Positions 63,873 to 64,000 of a DNA stretch of 64,000 nt are shown here, piece by piece. This DNA is from Octopus sinensis (Eukaryota), in NCBI RefSeq assembly GCF_006345805.1, contig NC_043012.1:45756001-45820000 (forward strand), in the 5' to 3' direction. The notes below the pieces were generated by a model. That model made no database searches, was not told the origin of the DNA, and worked only from the letters and a program-made list of their open reading frames with translations. How positions within the stretch are numbered: position 1 is the first letter of the stretch; the number at the start of each line of letters is the position of its first letter. Made by a program: the position numbers and the translations under genes.

Positions 63873-64000
63873 CACAAATACACACACACATATATATATT
63901 TCATTTTATTTATTAGGGAATAAAAATTCCGACATCACAGGGGTTCAAATTATTCTCAATGAGGTAATATATTTGTTATGTAGAGATAGTAGTCCCCATC

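Overview
Eukaryotic, AT-rich, microsatellite-dense DNA with no confidently identifiable host gene, rRNA, tRNA or CRISPR array. The SINE families and repeat profile resemble an octopus/cephalopod genome; this is an inference from recalled repeat families, not a database search. Most short ORFs in the track are (TA)n/(CA)n/(TATC)n/(AAT)n artefacts. The real content is mobile DNA: (1) an apparently full-length ~6.07 kb Tx1-type L1-clade LINE (33236-39305, +; gag-like ORF1 with zinc knuckle, APE-RT-zinc finger ORF2) plus two 5'-truncated copies, all three inserted in (TATC)n in the same orientation and lacking a poly(A) tail; (2) a ~4.0 kb R4/Dong-type RT-RLE LINE (53533-57538, -) inside (TAA)n, plus an older R4-like remnant; (3) Penelope-like remnants and at least ten type-I hammerhead ribozyme motifs in varying states of decay; (4) a decayed mariner, a Tc1/mariner 5' fragment, an RTE 3' end, tRNA-derived SINEs and a Helentron/HINE-like element. 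The strongest leads are a (TATC)n/(GATA)n-targeting Tx1 family; three mutually unrelated MITE-like palindromes whose arms carry outward-facing hammerheads; and a four-copy structured motif with twister/twister-sister-like topology.
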